A DNA stretch of 42,683 nt from the NCBI GenBank assembly GCA_023268595.1, contig JALQUD010000003.1, forward strand, positions 1 through 42,683. Direction: 5' to 3'. Shown here in pieces: positions 1 to 9,250 of this stretch; position 1 is the first letter of the stretch; each line of letters opens with the position of its first letter. Below the pieces are notes generated by a model. It had not been told where the DNA came from. It did not search any database and worked only from the letters and a program-made list of their open reading frames with translations. Made by a program: the position numbers and the translations under genes. This DNA is from Candidatus Saccharimonadia bacterium. GTDB lineage: Bacteria > Patescibacteriota > Saccharimonadia > Saccharimonadales > UBA4665.

Positions 1-155
1 ACTTCGAAGCCATCGTACGCAGCCACGTCAAGAGTCTGGAGCTTCGTGAACTACTCCGATATGCCCTGACTGATAAAATTAACGACCGTGAAGTATACAT
101 GAAGGGCATTGACCAGTCGTATTATTATGAAGAGCCGGACAACTACAAAGGTTAA
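1..155 (+). CDS. fic: 3' end of a class III Fic-family protein adenylyltransferase (partial, runs off the window)
   Basis: Frame 3 reads FEAIVRSHVKSLELRELLRYALTDKINDREVYMKGIDQSYYYEEPDNYKG*, matching the NmFic-type C-terminal auto-inhibitory helix (S/T)xxxE. Not in the ORF track. Confidence 0.8.
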   Translation, partial: FEAIVRSHVKSLELRELLRYALTDKINDREVYMKGIDQSYYYEEPDNYKG

Positions 156-178
156 CGGCATACAGGAGGGAACACACC

Positions 179-547
179 ATGGACATGAAGATCGAATTAG
201 TACCAGTACCCGTCAGTGACACCGACCGGGCGATTGAGTTTTACAAGAAAGTCGGTTTTAACGTCGACCACGACTTCAAGGTACAACCCGGACTGCGGTT
301 CGTACAACTGACGCCTCCGGGCTCGGCTTGCTCGGTCGTCATCGGCGAAGGCACCACTGATATGAAAGTGGGCACCCAGAGCATTCAGATGGTCGTCGCC
401 AGCGCCCAGGCAGCCCACGATCAACTGCACGACAATGGCATTGAGGTGACCGACATCGAAACGCTGCCCTGGGGAATCTTTACCCGTTTTACCGACCCGG
501 ACGGTAACCAGTGGCATTTGCAAGAGCTTGTTCCGCAGCAAAGCTAG
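179..547 (+). CDS. VOC/glyoxalase family protein
   Basis: VPVSDTDRAIEFY...FVQLTPPGS...LPWG..RFTDPDGNQW; SD AGGAGG upstream. Confidence 0.9.
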   Translation: MDMKIELVPVPVSDTDRAIEFYKKVGFNVDHDFKVQPGLRFVQLTPPGSACSVVIGEGTTDMKVGTQSIQMVVASAQAAHDQLHDNGIEVTDIETLPWGIFTRFTDPDGNQWHLQELVPQQS

Positions 548-593
548 CTACTAATATTAGCATCATATTGAAAATCATGGTATAAAACGTACC

Positions 594-983
594 ATGATGA
601 ATCAGCAGTCACGAGCGTTCGAATTAGCCAGGTTCGTCCACGATACCGTCTGGATGCGTAATGGTGTTCTGACGCACGAAGACTTGCAGCCGCGGTCAGT
701 CGAACGCGCTTACGGTACCGGTAACTCACGGCCGGAACAGGTAGTCGCTTTCAGTAGGAACCGCGATAGCGCCGACCCCAGGTCAGAGACACTATCACGC
801 AGCTCGGATAGCCGGTACTATTTCAACGTGAATACCGGCCCTGAATATACGGGCGAACTGAGCGATGGCAGACACATGATCACGCCGGAAAGCGATGTGG
901 CTACCTGGCAGCGATTACTCGGCTCGATGATGGTCCGAGAACTCATCGATGTCTGCCCGGAAGACCTGACCAAAACGACATAG
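594..983 (+). CDS. hypothetical protein, probably leaderless
   Basis: 129-aa ORF filling the gap; TGgTATAAA at 578-586, 7 nt before ATG; no family recognised. Confidence 0.6.
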   Translation: MMNQQSRAFELARFVHDTVWMRNGVLTHEDLQPRSVERAYGTGNSRPEQVVAFSRNRDSADPRSETLSRSSDSRYYFNVNTGPEYTGELSDGRHMITPESDVATWQRLLGSMMVRELIDVCPEDLTKTT

Positions 984-1088
984 TTTTTTGTCTGCTGGCG
1001 TTCATCGGATTGCAGGTCATTTCACGTTGCCAACCTTTTCAACAACGCTTATACTTACGACTAACGAGTTAATGAGGGTTACGGTATT

Positions 1089-2348
1089 ATGGGATACGTC
1101 CATCTGGCAGGCCTTATCAAAATCAGGCGACTAGCCACGGTCTGGGGAACGGCGTTAGGGGTCGCATTGGTGTTGGCATATGCGACGCCGGCCATGGCGG
1201 CCGGCAGTTATACCTGGGTGGCGGCGAATGGTTTAGCATCGGCCACTTGTCCGCAATTGGCTTCGTCTGGCTCCGGGCAGTATATGCTTTGTGGCAACAT
1301 CGGCGGCAATCTGTTCACGTCTGACGACTACGGTGCCAACTGGACCGAACAAGTCGGCTCCAGCAGCCAGCCTTGGTCCGGCGTAGCGGTTTCGGGCGAC
1401 GGCAACCTGATGTACGCCGTCGCGGCAGACAACCTGTTATGGAAATCGGCCGACCATGGCGTCACCTGGACCAGCAGTGTCGTTCCGGGTACTTCGTTCA
1501 TTGAGAAATTAGCCATATCATCCGATGGCATGCACATCATCATGGCCGACTCCGGCAATACCGGTGTGGTATTCAAATCTCAGAACGGTGGAACCACCTG
1601 GACCAGTTTCACACCCACAGCCAGTGCATCGATCATCAGTCTTTCGATGTCCGGCGATGCGCAGCACATGGCAATAGCTTACTTGGGTGACATGGTGTAT
1701 ACCTCCAGCGACTACGGCGTCACCTGGACGCCACAAACCGGTATCGGCACCCACGACTGGACGACGGTCAACGTATCGCAGAACGGACAGCACTTCGCAG
1801 CAGCTGCCGGTGATGGCACGATAGTCAAATCTGCCGACTATGGCATGAACTGGCTGCCAATAAGCATCCCCGGCGCGCAGTACTGGAATGGCATCGTCAT
1901 ATCCAACGACGGACAGACCCTGATTGCCAGCCAATACTTCTTTGACTTCGGATCGCTCAGCACCACTGGAGACCTATATCGTTCGGATGATGGCGGTGTG
2001 ACCTGGTCACCAGAAACGGGCGTTCCTGCCGATTCCGGCTGGTCGCCGGTTGCCGGATCTGCCGACCGCAGCCGTCTGGCGGCGCGGGCCATAAACGGCA
2101 ATCAGGTATACGTCGGCACCAATCCGGCCATGATACCTGCACCGCCGGCCCCACAACCAAGCGGTCAGGCCGGCCAGGACGGCTCCGCCACAGCTAGCAT
2201 CACCGACGCTAAGGCGGCATCAGCCGTGAGCGTACCTAATACCGGAGTGGAACCGGCCGACAACCGTTTGCCAATCGTCATAGCAATCACAGCTGCAGGG
2301 CTCGCCTTGGGCTGGACAGCCCGACGTCTCCGCAATGTCCGGGTCTGA
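1089..2348 (+). CDS. secreted BNR/Asp-box beta-propeller with a C-terminal sortase sorting signal
   Basis: Signal peptide (..TPAMAA); repeated S-x-D-x-G-x-T/N-W Asp boxes; Pro-rich linker; VPNTG + hydrophobic stretch + RRLRNVRV tail. Confidence 0.85.
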   Translation: MGYVHLAGLIKIRRLATVWGTALGVALVLAYATPAMAAGSYTWVAANGLASATCPQLASSGSGQYMLCGNIGGNLFTSDDYGANWTEQVGSSSQPWSGVAVSGDGNLMYAVAADNLLWKSADHGVTWTSSVVPGTSFIEKLAISSDGMHIIMADSGNTGVVFKSQNGGTTWTSFTPTASASIISLSMSGDAQHMAIAYLGDMVYTSSDYGVTWTPQTGIGTHDWTTVNVSQNGQHFAAAAGDGTIVKSADYGMNWLPISIPGAQYWNGIVISNDGQTLIASQYFFDFGSLSTTGDLYRSDDGGVTWSPETGVPADSGWSPVAGSADRSRLAARAINGNQVYVGTNPAMIPAPPAPQPSGQAGQDGSATASITDAKAASAVSVPNTGVEPADNRLPIVIAITAAGLALGWTARRLRNVRV

Positions 2349-3018
2349 GCCAACACCTAAGCGCCGGCCAAGCCCACGCCGAAGGTACCGGCCACTGACC
2401 ATACTCTCCATGGTAGCGGTACTTGGAATCGTGTCATATGGCGTCTGGTTCACCCATGATTACGTCAGCCGCACACATTTCGGATCCGGACCGACGGTAC
2501 CGCCGACCACCACCGTGACTACCGATGACGAACCGAGCGAAAAGAGGGTAGGGACAGTTTCAGATAGCTACACCGTAGCAGCTGATAGGCCCCGTTCGTT
2601 GCGTATCAGCAGACTCGGCATCCATGCCTATATTCAGCCGGTCGGCGTCACCAAAGACAATGCCATGGCCACGCCAAGCAACATCGGCTTCGTAGGCTGG
2701 TACGACCGTGGTGCCGTGCCAGGCACCGACGGCGTCAGCATCTTGAACGGACACGTCAGCGGCCGCTATGCCGACGGCGTATTCAAACGGCTCCATGAGC
2801 TTACAGCCGGTGACGACATACAAGTTGAAATGGGCAATAAGACATCCAGGTCATTCACGGTCAGGTCGGTCAGGTCATATAAGACCGCCGATGCGGCAGG
2901 TCCGCTATACCAAGCCAGCGGCACATCCGGCCGCGAACTTCACCTGATAACCTGCGGCGGCACGTTCGACAAAGCCAGCGACACCTACCGGGAACGGTTG
3001 ATCGTGGTAGCCGACTAG
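2335..3018 (+). CDS. class F sortase
   Basis: N-terminal TM; GWY..GAVPG..G.SILNGH; LHLITCGG.FD...YRER (His/Cys/Arg triad). Confidence 0.9.
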   Translation: MSGSEPTPKRRPSPRRRYRPLTILSMVAVLGIVSYGVWFTHDYVSRTHFGSGPTVPPTTTVTTDDEPSEKRVGTVSDSYTVAADRPRSLRISRLGIHAYIQPVGVTKDNAMATPSNIGFVGWYDRGAVPGTDGVSILNGHVSGRYADGVFKRLHELTAGDDIQVEMGNKTSRSFTVRSVRSYKTADAAGPLYQASGTSGRELHLITCGGTFDKASDTYRERLIVVAD

Positions 3019-3027
3019 ATCGGCCGG

Positions 3028-4020
3028 CTATTGATACGACACATACGCTGGCGAAGGCGACAGCATCACGGTCTGCTGCGGGGTCAGCATCGGCGAATCC
3101 TCGTCGTAGAAATTCTTCCAGCCGAATGAGATACCAGCCGGTGCGCCAGTTCTGAGAACGTTCCAAGTATCAGATTTCTGAGCCTGAGAACCATGCCCGT
3201 CCATCTGGATCATGTATGCCAGCTGCTCGCCATGTGCCATGTCCAACCGCTCGCGGTCACGTACCATATCCAGCCTGAACTGATGGACCAGGAATAACTT
3301 CTGCGGCAGTTTACCGGCTTTGACCAAGCCGGCCAGCCAACCGGCCGTGGCATTGACCTCATCGATACCGACCGAACCGATGACCCCGAGCGGCACCTGG
3401 TCGGCATTGACACGCCATTCCGGATCAAGCGCCAGGCCGACATGCGGCAGCTTAAGCAACGACTCATAGGCTTTGGCCTGGATCAGGAAATCACTCCTGC
3501 CGGGTTGCAGATCAAGCACCACGTACATGCCAGCCTTGCCGGCGGCTTCGACCCACGGACGCAGTCTATCGGCGTCAATTTCGGCCGAATAATCACCATT
3601 GGCCGTGGGGCTGGAGGACGCGACGCTGGCGATGATTTCCAGGGTTGGAATGACCCTGTCTTGGGTATGCGGCTGATAGCTGGCCGCCAGTTCGCGGGCA
3701 CGCTGCAGACTGGCATCAAGCGGTTGCTCGCCGAGTACGCCAAGTGCCGGCTCGCCCGGCGTGCCGTATAGGGCAACCAGCCGATTACCGGCCAGGAGCG
3801 TACGTCCGCCCCACGGCAGCTCGGAAGGCTTGACCACGCCGTTAGCCGGCTTACCGGAGCGCTGCGCCGGGTGCGATGAAGGAGGAAATGCCGGGCTACG
3901 GTCGTCGGCCCGGCCGGCCGCCACCGACGTAGCCATGGCCAGCGACATGAGGCACATCACCAACGCCACCAATCTGAGCAGGCTACGCTTACGGCTATCC
4001 ATGCCGGCGATTATAGGCAA
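3028..4020 (-). CDS. conserved secreted hypothetical protein (possibly a glycoside-hydrolase-like TIM barrel)
   Basis: Signal-like N-terminus; RLVALYGTP, VLDLQPGR, GLALDPEW, DGHG and GWKNFYDED motifs recalled from actinobacterial hypothetical lipoproteins. Confidence 0.65.
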   Translation of the reverse strand: MPIIAGMDSRKRSLLRLVALVMCLMSLAMATSVAAGRADDRSPAFPPSSHPAQRSGKPANGVVKPSELPWGGRTLLAGNRLVALYGTPGEPALGVLGEQPLDASLQRARELAASYQPHTQDRVIPTLEIIASVASSSPTANGDYSAEIDADRLRPWVEAAGKAGMYVVLDLQPGRSDFLIQAKAYESLLKLPHVGLALDPEWRVNADQVPLGVIGSVGIDEVNATAGWLAGLVKAGKLPQKLFLVHQFRLDMVRDRERLDMAHGEQLAYMIQMDGHGSQAQKSDTWNVLRTGAPAGISFGWKNFYDEDSPMLTPQQTVMLSPSPAYVSYQ

Positions 4021-4067
4021 GATGACTGATGATTGAAAGCCGGCAGACCGCAGGATTCGTTATTACA

Positions 4068-4745
4068 TCACAACTTGACCGGTGAACCGAGTATGGTGTT
4101 TTCGCCACGGACATGGACGTTATATAGCGCCTTGATACGTGCTAACGGTTCACGCCGTCCGGCATTGTTGGCTTCGACGCCACTGGCGACGCCGTACGTT
4201 TCGATTCCGAAGTGCCGGCACAAGTAAATAGCCCGGGGCAGATGAGAACCCGCGCTATACACCACCAGCCGCGACTGTCCGAAGACATCATGGGCACGCT
4301 GGCAGGACTCATAGGTGCTGCGACCAGCAAAATCACGCTGCAGTTTATCCGCCGGTACATCCTTGACGTCAATCAGATACTTCATCATGGCAGTCGGTTC
4401 ATCATAACTGGTAAAACGGTTGTCACCGGACAGGATCAGTTTGTCGACGTCACCACGCCGCAAGCCTTCGGCAGCCACGTCCAGACGGGCGCGTAACTCA
4501 CGGAACGGCTTACCGTCGTCAGTGATTCCGGCACCAAGTACCATGCCGACCTTGACATGCTCGTCACGCACCTTATCGGGCGACAGGACATATGTATCAT
4601 ATGGCTCCACCACCGCTTCGGCCACGAACACGGCCAGGATCGGGAGGGACATCAGAAATACCGCAGCCAGACCGTACACTACCGGTCGACGGCGTACGGA
4701 GCGAAGTAACGGATCCAGGGCACGGGTTACTGTTCGTCTTATCAT
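4068..4745 (-). CDS. sanA: SanA/YdcF (DUF218, ElyC-like) family protein
   Basis: N-terminal TM; VLGAG, LILSGDN, YDEPTAM, DFAGRSTYESC, HLPRA, REPLARIKA. Confidence 0.85.
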   Translation of the reverse strand: MIRRTVTRALDPLLRSVRRRPVVYGLAAVFLMSLPILAVFVAEAVVEPYDTYVLSPDKVRDEHVKVGMVLGAGITDDGKPFRELRARLDVAAEGLRRGDVDKLILSGDNRFTSYDEPTAMMKYLIDVKDVPADKLQRDFAGRSTYESCQRAHDVFGQSRLVVYSAGSHLPRAIYLCRHFGIETYGVASGVEANNAGRREPLARIKALYNVHVRGENTILGSPVKL

Positions 4746-4881
4746 AGCGTCATATATTGTAGCTCACGCTAGCCGCTTTCAGACCGGTGATATCGGATTT
4801 TTCACAGCAACCGGCGGCAGATAGGTCCAGTATGGCTACAGTATCTAGCTCAACCTATACCGATTAAGGAGACCAGCCATC

Positions 4882-5772
4882 ATGACGAACCAATACGACA
4901 TGCAGGACCCACGTTCACAATATCCGACCCCGGACATCCCCGAACAGACCCAGCCCGAACCGGGCCTCGACAAGGACATGACGCCCAAAGCCGACCACGG
5001 CGCCGACAGCTACACCGGTCACGGCCGGCTGAAGGGTAGGAAAGCATTGGTCACCGGCGCCGATAGTGGCATCGGCCGGGCAGTGGCGTTAGCCTTCGCC
5101 CGCGAAGGCGCTGATGTCGCCATGAGCTATCTACCAGCCGAGCAGGCCGATGCCGATGAGGCTAAGGCTGAGATCGAACAGGAGGGCGTCCACGTCGTGA
5201 TGCTACCGGCCGACCTGACCAATGAAGCGGCTGCCCGTGGTCTGCCCCACGAGGCGAACAAGGCGCTCGGTGGTCTGGACATCATCGTCAACAATGCCGG
5301 TAAGCAGATATTCACCGACGATTTTGCAAAACTGCCGAGCGACCAGCTGACCAAGACATTCACGGTCAATGTCTTTGCGATGTTCTGGATCTGCCAAGAA
5401 GCCCTGCAGTACCTCAAACCGGGTTCGGCCATAATCAACACGACGTCTATCCAAGCAACCATGCCCTCGCCGGGCTTATTAGATTATGCTTCGACCAAAG
5501 GCGCCATCCTGGCCTTCACCCGTGGCCTAGCCCAGGAACTGACACCGAAAGGTATCCGCGTCAATGCCGTGGCACCCGGCCCGGTCTGGACACCGCTCCA
5601 ACCGTCACATGGCCAATCGCAGGAAAAGTTGACCAGCTTCGGCCAGGAAACCCCATTGGGCAGGCCGGGGCAGCCGGCCGAAATGGCACCGCTGTACGTA
5701 TTTCTAGCCAGCCAGGAGTCAAGCTATGTTTCCGGCGAAACCATTGGCGCGGCTGGTGGCCGGCTACGCTAA
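4882..5772 (+). CDS. SDR oxidoreductase (YghA/YhxD-like general stress dehydrogenase)
   Basis: TGADSGIG, NNAG, YASTK, VAPGPVWTPL; SD AAGGAG. Confidence 0.92.
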   Translation: MTNQYDMQDPRSQYPTPDIPEQTQPEPGLDKDMTPKADHGADSYTGHGRLKGRKALVTGADSGIGRAVALAFAREGADVAMSYLPAEQADADEAKAEIEQEGVHVVMLPADLTNEAAARGLPHEANKALGGLDIIVNNAGKQIFTDDFAKLPSDQLTKTFTVNVFAMFWICQEALQYLKPGSAIINTTSIQATMPSPGLLDYASTKGAILAFTRGLAQELTPKGIRVNAVAPGPVWTPLQPSHGQSQEKLTSFGQETPLGRPGQPAEMAPLYVFLASQESSYVSGETIGAAGGRLR

Positions 5773-6536
5773 GCTGTCTTTGACGACTTAAGAAAGCCAG
5801 TGGTCAGCCGGCCCAGCTGCGTCGCCTGACGGCGTGGCGAATGGTGGCCACCGGCAATCAGTTCCAGTCGCACGTTAGTAGGCAGATCATGGGCCGCCAG
5901 GTTACGCTGGTACTCCGGCCGATCGGATGTGCCGACGATCAGCAGGGTGGGTTGGTTCAGCCGGGCAAGGTCGGTGAATGCCTCGGCCCGCTCGATGATA
6001 TTGGCCAGGGATCCTTCACGGGACCAACGTCGGTGCCGCAACGTACCGGCAGCTAGCAACCGTATAGCCGGCCACAGTAGGTTACGATACCGCGAATCCA
6101 ACAGGATGCGATACGTACGGCTCGTCCGCCGCAATGTGCTACGCGCTTGTTCCGGTCCGTCATACAAGGGCGGATGCATCAGCACCAGCTGCGATACTCG
6201 GTCAGGATAGGCAAGGGCAAAGCGCTTGGCGATGAGTGCGCCCATGGAATGGCCAGCCAGTATCAATGGTACGTGGTCGCCGATACCATGACGTCGCAGC
6301 ATGTCGGCGATGTGCGCGATATGTTCTTCATACCCATACGCCGAGTCACGTGGCTTAGGAGCCGCCCCAAAGCCAAGCAGGTCAAGCGCCACTACGCGGA
6401 AACCGGCCGCAACCAGCAACGGCGCCAGCCTGTCCCAATACCGCATGGATCCAAGAAAGCCGTGCAATAGCACTATGACTGGACCATGGCCCCCATAGTC
6501 GCGCCAACCCCTATCATCCGATCCACTACGTTTCAT
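5769..6536 (-). CDS. alpha/beta fold hydrolase
   Basis: LLHGF, DLLGFG, GHSMG nucleophile elbow, C-terminal GHH. Confidence 0.9.
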   Translation of the reverse strand: MKRSGSDDRGWRDYGGHGPVIVLLHGFLGSMRYWDRLAPLLVAAGFRVVALDLLGFGAAPKPRDSAYGYEEHIAHIADMLRRHGIGDHVPLILAGHSMGALIAKRFALAYPDRVSQLVLMHPPLYDGPEQARSTLRRTSRTYRILLDSRYRNLLWPAIRLLAAGTLRHRRWSREGSLANIIERAEAFTDLARLNQPTLLIVGTSDRPEYQRNLAAHDLPTNVRLELIAGGHHSPRRQATQLGRLTTGFLKSSKTA

Positions 6537-6707
6537 AACTATACTTAGTAATAAGTATATAACTTTTATGCTTTACTGTCAATTTATCTGGATCGCGCTG
6601 AGCGAAGCCGCGTTAGTGGTAATTTTCACAGTTACAGACCTGCCGACTATGTCATACTGTTTGCACCAAACCTTACACTAATTTCCGTACGACACTAGGA
6701 GCATGCC

Positions 6708-7148
6708 ATGAACAGACAAGTTTTCATCAATCTGCCGGTCAGCGACCTTAAACGATCGACGGAATTCTATGAGGCACTCGGCTTCATTAAGAACGACACG
6801 TTTTCCGGTGAACAGGCTAGCTGCATGGTGTGGTCGGACTCCATTTACGTCATGTTGCTGACACACGAATTTTACCGTGGATTCCTGCAAGACAAGACGA
6901 TCGCCGACACTAAGACGACCAGTGGCGTCCTGTTGGCACTCAGCCTCAAATCCAAAGAAGAGGTCCAAGCCTTCGCTGACACTGCCAAGGCTAATGGTGG
7001 TAACGTCTATCAGGTGGATACCGGTATCAGCGAGGATGCGATGTTCGGCTATGAGGTCCAGGACCCGGATGGACACAACTGGGAACCGATGTGGATGAAC
7101 CCCGGTTATCAGCCTGACCAGCCCGACAGGCCTGACCAGCCCGAATAG
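6708..7148 (+). CDS. VOC/glyoxalase family protein
   Basis: FINLPVSDLKRSTEFY, IYVMLL, DPDGHNWE; SD AGGAG. Confidence 0.9.
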   Translation: MNRQVFINLPVSDLKRSTEFYEALGFIKNDTFSGEQASCMVWSDSIYVMLLTHEFYRGFLQDKTIADTKTTSGVLLALSLKSKEEVQAFADTAKANGGNVYQVDTGISEDAMFGYEVQDPDGHNWEPMWMNPGYQPDQPDRPDQPE

Positions 7149-7199
7149 CACGGCCGGACCGACAGGTAATCATAACAACCGAGGAGATTCATAGCCATC

Positions 7200-8099
7200 A
7201 TGACCGATCAGAACATCATTCCCAGCCTATGGTACGCTGGCAACGCCCAGGAAGCCGTCGACTTTTACGTATCCGCCTTTAGTGACGGCAAGATAATCGA
7301 GACAGCCACCTATCCGGAAGAAGGTCTGGCCGACTTCCAAAAAGATTTGGCCGGCAAGGTATTGACCATCGACTTCAGCCTGCACGACTTCCGTTTCATC
7401 GCGGTCAACGCCGGTCCGGATTTCACACCCAACCCGTCGATCTCGTTCATGCTCAACTTCGACCCGGCTACCGATCCGCAGGCCCGCGAGCACCTGGATG
7501 AACTGTGGCAGAAGTTGGCCGAAGGCGGCAAGGCGCTCATGCCGCTTGGCGAGTACCCGTTCAGTCCGCACTACGGCTGGATTCAGGACCGCTTTGGCAT
7601 CAGCTGGCAGCTGATGCTGACCAACCCGGACGGCCAGCCGCGTCCGTTCATCATCCCATCATTGATGTTCACCCAGGAACAGACCAACCATGCGGAGGAA
7701 GCGATCCGGTTCTACGTATCGGTCTTCAAGGATGGCCTGCCCGGCACCATGAATCCTTACCAGGAGGACAGTGGCCCAGCTAAAGCCGGCTCTCTGATGT
7801 TCGGCGATTTCTCACTAGCCGGACAGTGGTTCGCAGCCATGGATGGCGGCGGAGCCGATCATGCCTTCAAATTCAACGAAGGCATATCGCTGATGATCAT
7901 GTGCGACACCCAGGAAGAAATTGACTACTACTGGGACAAGTTGTCCGCCGTACCGGAGGCCGAGCAATGCGGTTGGCTCAAGGACCGCTTCGGCGTCAGC
8001 TGGCAGGTCACACCGCGCAACATGGGCGAGCTGATGCAGCGTCCGCAGGCTTTCGAGCACATGATGGAGATGAAGAAGCTGGTCATCGCCGACTTCTAA
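7200..8099 (+). CDS. VOC family protein, tandem PhnB / 3-demethylubiquinone-9 3-methyltransferase-like domains
   Basis: Two repeats of PSLW/MF..AxEAxxFY...GWxxDRFGxSWQ; CDTQEEIDYYWDKL. Confidence 0.9.
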   Translation: MTDQNIIPSLWYAGNAQEAVDFYVSAFSDGKIIETATYPEEGLADFQKDLAGKVLTIDFSLHDFRFIAVNAGPDFTPNPSISFMLNFDPATDPQAREHLDELWQKLAEGGKALMPLGEYPFSPHYGWIQDRFGISWQLMLTNPDGQPRPFIIPSLMFTQEQTNHAEEAIRFYVSVFKDGLPGTMNPYQEDSGPAKAGSLMFGDFSLAGQWFAAMDGGGADHAFKFNEGISLMIMCDTQEEIDYYWDKLSAVPEAEQCGWLKDRFGVSWQVTPRNMGELMQRPQAFEHMMEMKKLVIADF

Positions 8100-8135
8100 G
8101 TTGTATAAATTACTATTTTGTGATATAATTGGTAA

Positions 8136-8630
8136 ATGAACATACCGGCTGAACACGGGACGCAAACACCAAACCTGACCGTGTTTGAACGCGTAGTACA
8201 GAACGCTCCGGAAGAACACCTGTACCTTTCGGAGAGGCACAAAGTACTGATGGCAGTGGATCCATTCGCCAAGTTGCCGTTACAGTCGGTCATAGCTCCA
8301 ACCAAAGGCACCCCAGGCCAAGAGTCGCATTTTGACGAGCTACCGTTTAGGGCGCAGCTCAAACTTCACACGGCATCATCATACCTTGGCAAGAAAATGC
8401 TGGAGCTATGTGAACCGGGTGAGCGGGTCATCAAACATATTGAAGGATTTGCCGTTTCGGACCATCCGCACATCGTTACATATGTAGCTGAGCGGGGCCA
8501 GGGTAGAGATCTGTACGATGGCTCATTCATTGGTGCCGCGGCAGTAGCCTTAGCGACCGAACAGCTCCGGCTGGATGAACATGAAGTGGACGAGCTTGAT
8601 GAGATTCTGACTCGGATAGATAAACTCTAG
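8136..8630 (+). CDS. HIT-like protein with a degenerate histidine triad
   Basis: DPF..LP.QSVIAP and EGFAVSDHPHIV resemble HIT proteins; promoter TTGTAT-17-TATAAT ends 6 nt before ATG. Confidence 0.55.
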   Translation: MNIPAEHGTQTPNLTVFERVVQNAPEEHLYLSERHKVLMAVDPFAKLPLQSVIAPTKGTPGQESHFDELPFRAQLKLHTASSYLGKKMLELCEPGERVIKHIEGFAVSDHPHIVTYVAERGQGRDLYDGSFIGAAAVALATEQLRLDEHEVDELDEILTRIDKL

Positions 8631-8651
8631 AGAAAGGAAAGGCATTAGACC

Positions 8652-9188
8652 GTGAGATATGTAGCACTGCTGCGTGGTATCAATGTCGGTGGCAATAACA
8701 AGGTGTCGATGGCGCAGCTGAAGGGCACCCTTGCCGCCGACGGTCTGGACGATGTCTCGACCTACATCAACAGTGGCAATATCTTCTTCGGTTCCGAGCG
8801 TTCAGCTGCAGAGGTCGAACGGGTGGTTCATGATGCCATCAGCAGGGAGTTCGGGCTGGATATAAAGGTACTGATAAAGGATCTGCCAGCCATACGCTCG
8901 ATAGCTGCCGCGATTCCGGATGAGTGGCGCAATGACGCTGACATGAAGTGCGATATCATGTACCTATGGGACAGCCACGCCTCACCGGATATCGTAGACA
9001 GCTTGCCGGTACGTGAAGGCATCGACGAAGTACGTTATACGACGGGAGCCATCATCTGGAAAGTAGATAAGGCCGTGGCCACGCGCAGCGGCCTTGGAAA
9101 GCTGGTCGGTACCGATCTGTACGCTCACATGACCGTTCGCAACGCCAATACGGCCCGCGTCCTGTTGCAGCGCCTGGAAATGCCATAG
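8652..9188 (+). CDS. DUF1697 family protein
   Basis: YVALLRGINVGG.NKV.M..L, TYINSGN, T.RN.NT. Confidence 0.9.
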   Translation: MRYVALLRGINVGGNNKVSMAQLKGTLAADGLDDVSTYINSGNIFFGSERSAAEVERVVHDAISREFGLDIKVLIKDLPAIRSIAAAIPDEWRNDADMKCDIMYLWDSHASPDIVDSLPVREGIDEVRYTTGAIIWKVDKAVATRSGLGKLVGTDLYAHMTVRNANTARVLLQRLEMP

Positions 9189-9250
9189 TTCACATTGACA
9201 AAACCTGCCATACCGGTAATGCTTAGACTTAGGAGATATTACGACTAAGC

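Noticed and set aside
1089..2100. Recurring GACTACGG...ACCTGG nucleotide motifs
   Set aside because: Explained by Asp-box protein repeats; not a DNA repeat array or DGR template.
7110..7148. Short tandem repeat encoding QPDQPDRPDQPE
   Set aside because: Low-complexity protein tail with no spacers; not a CRISPR or mobile repeat.
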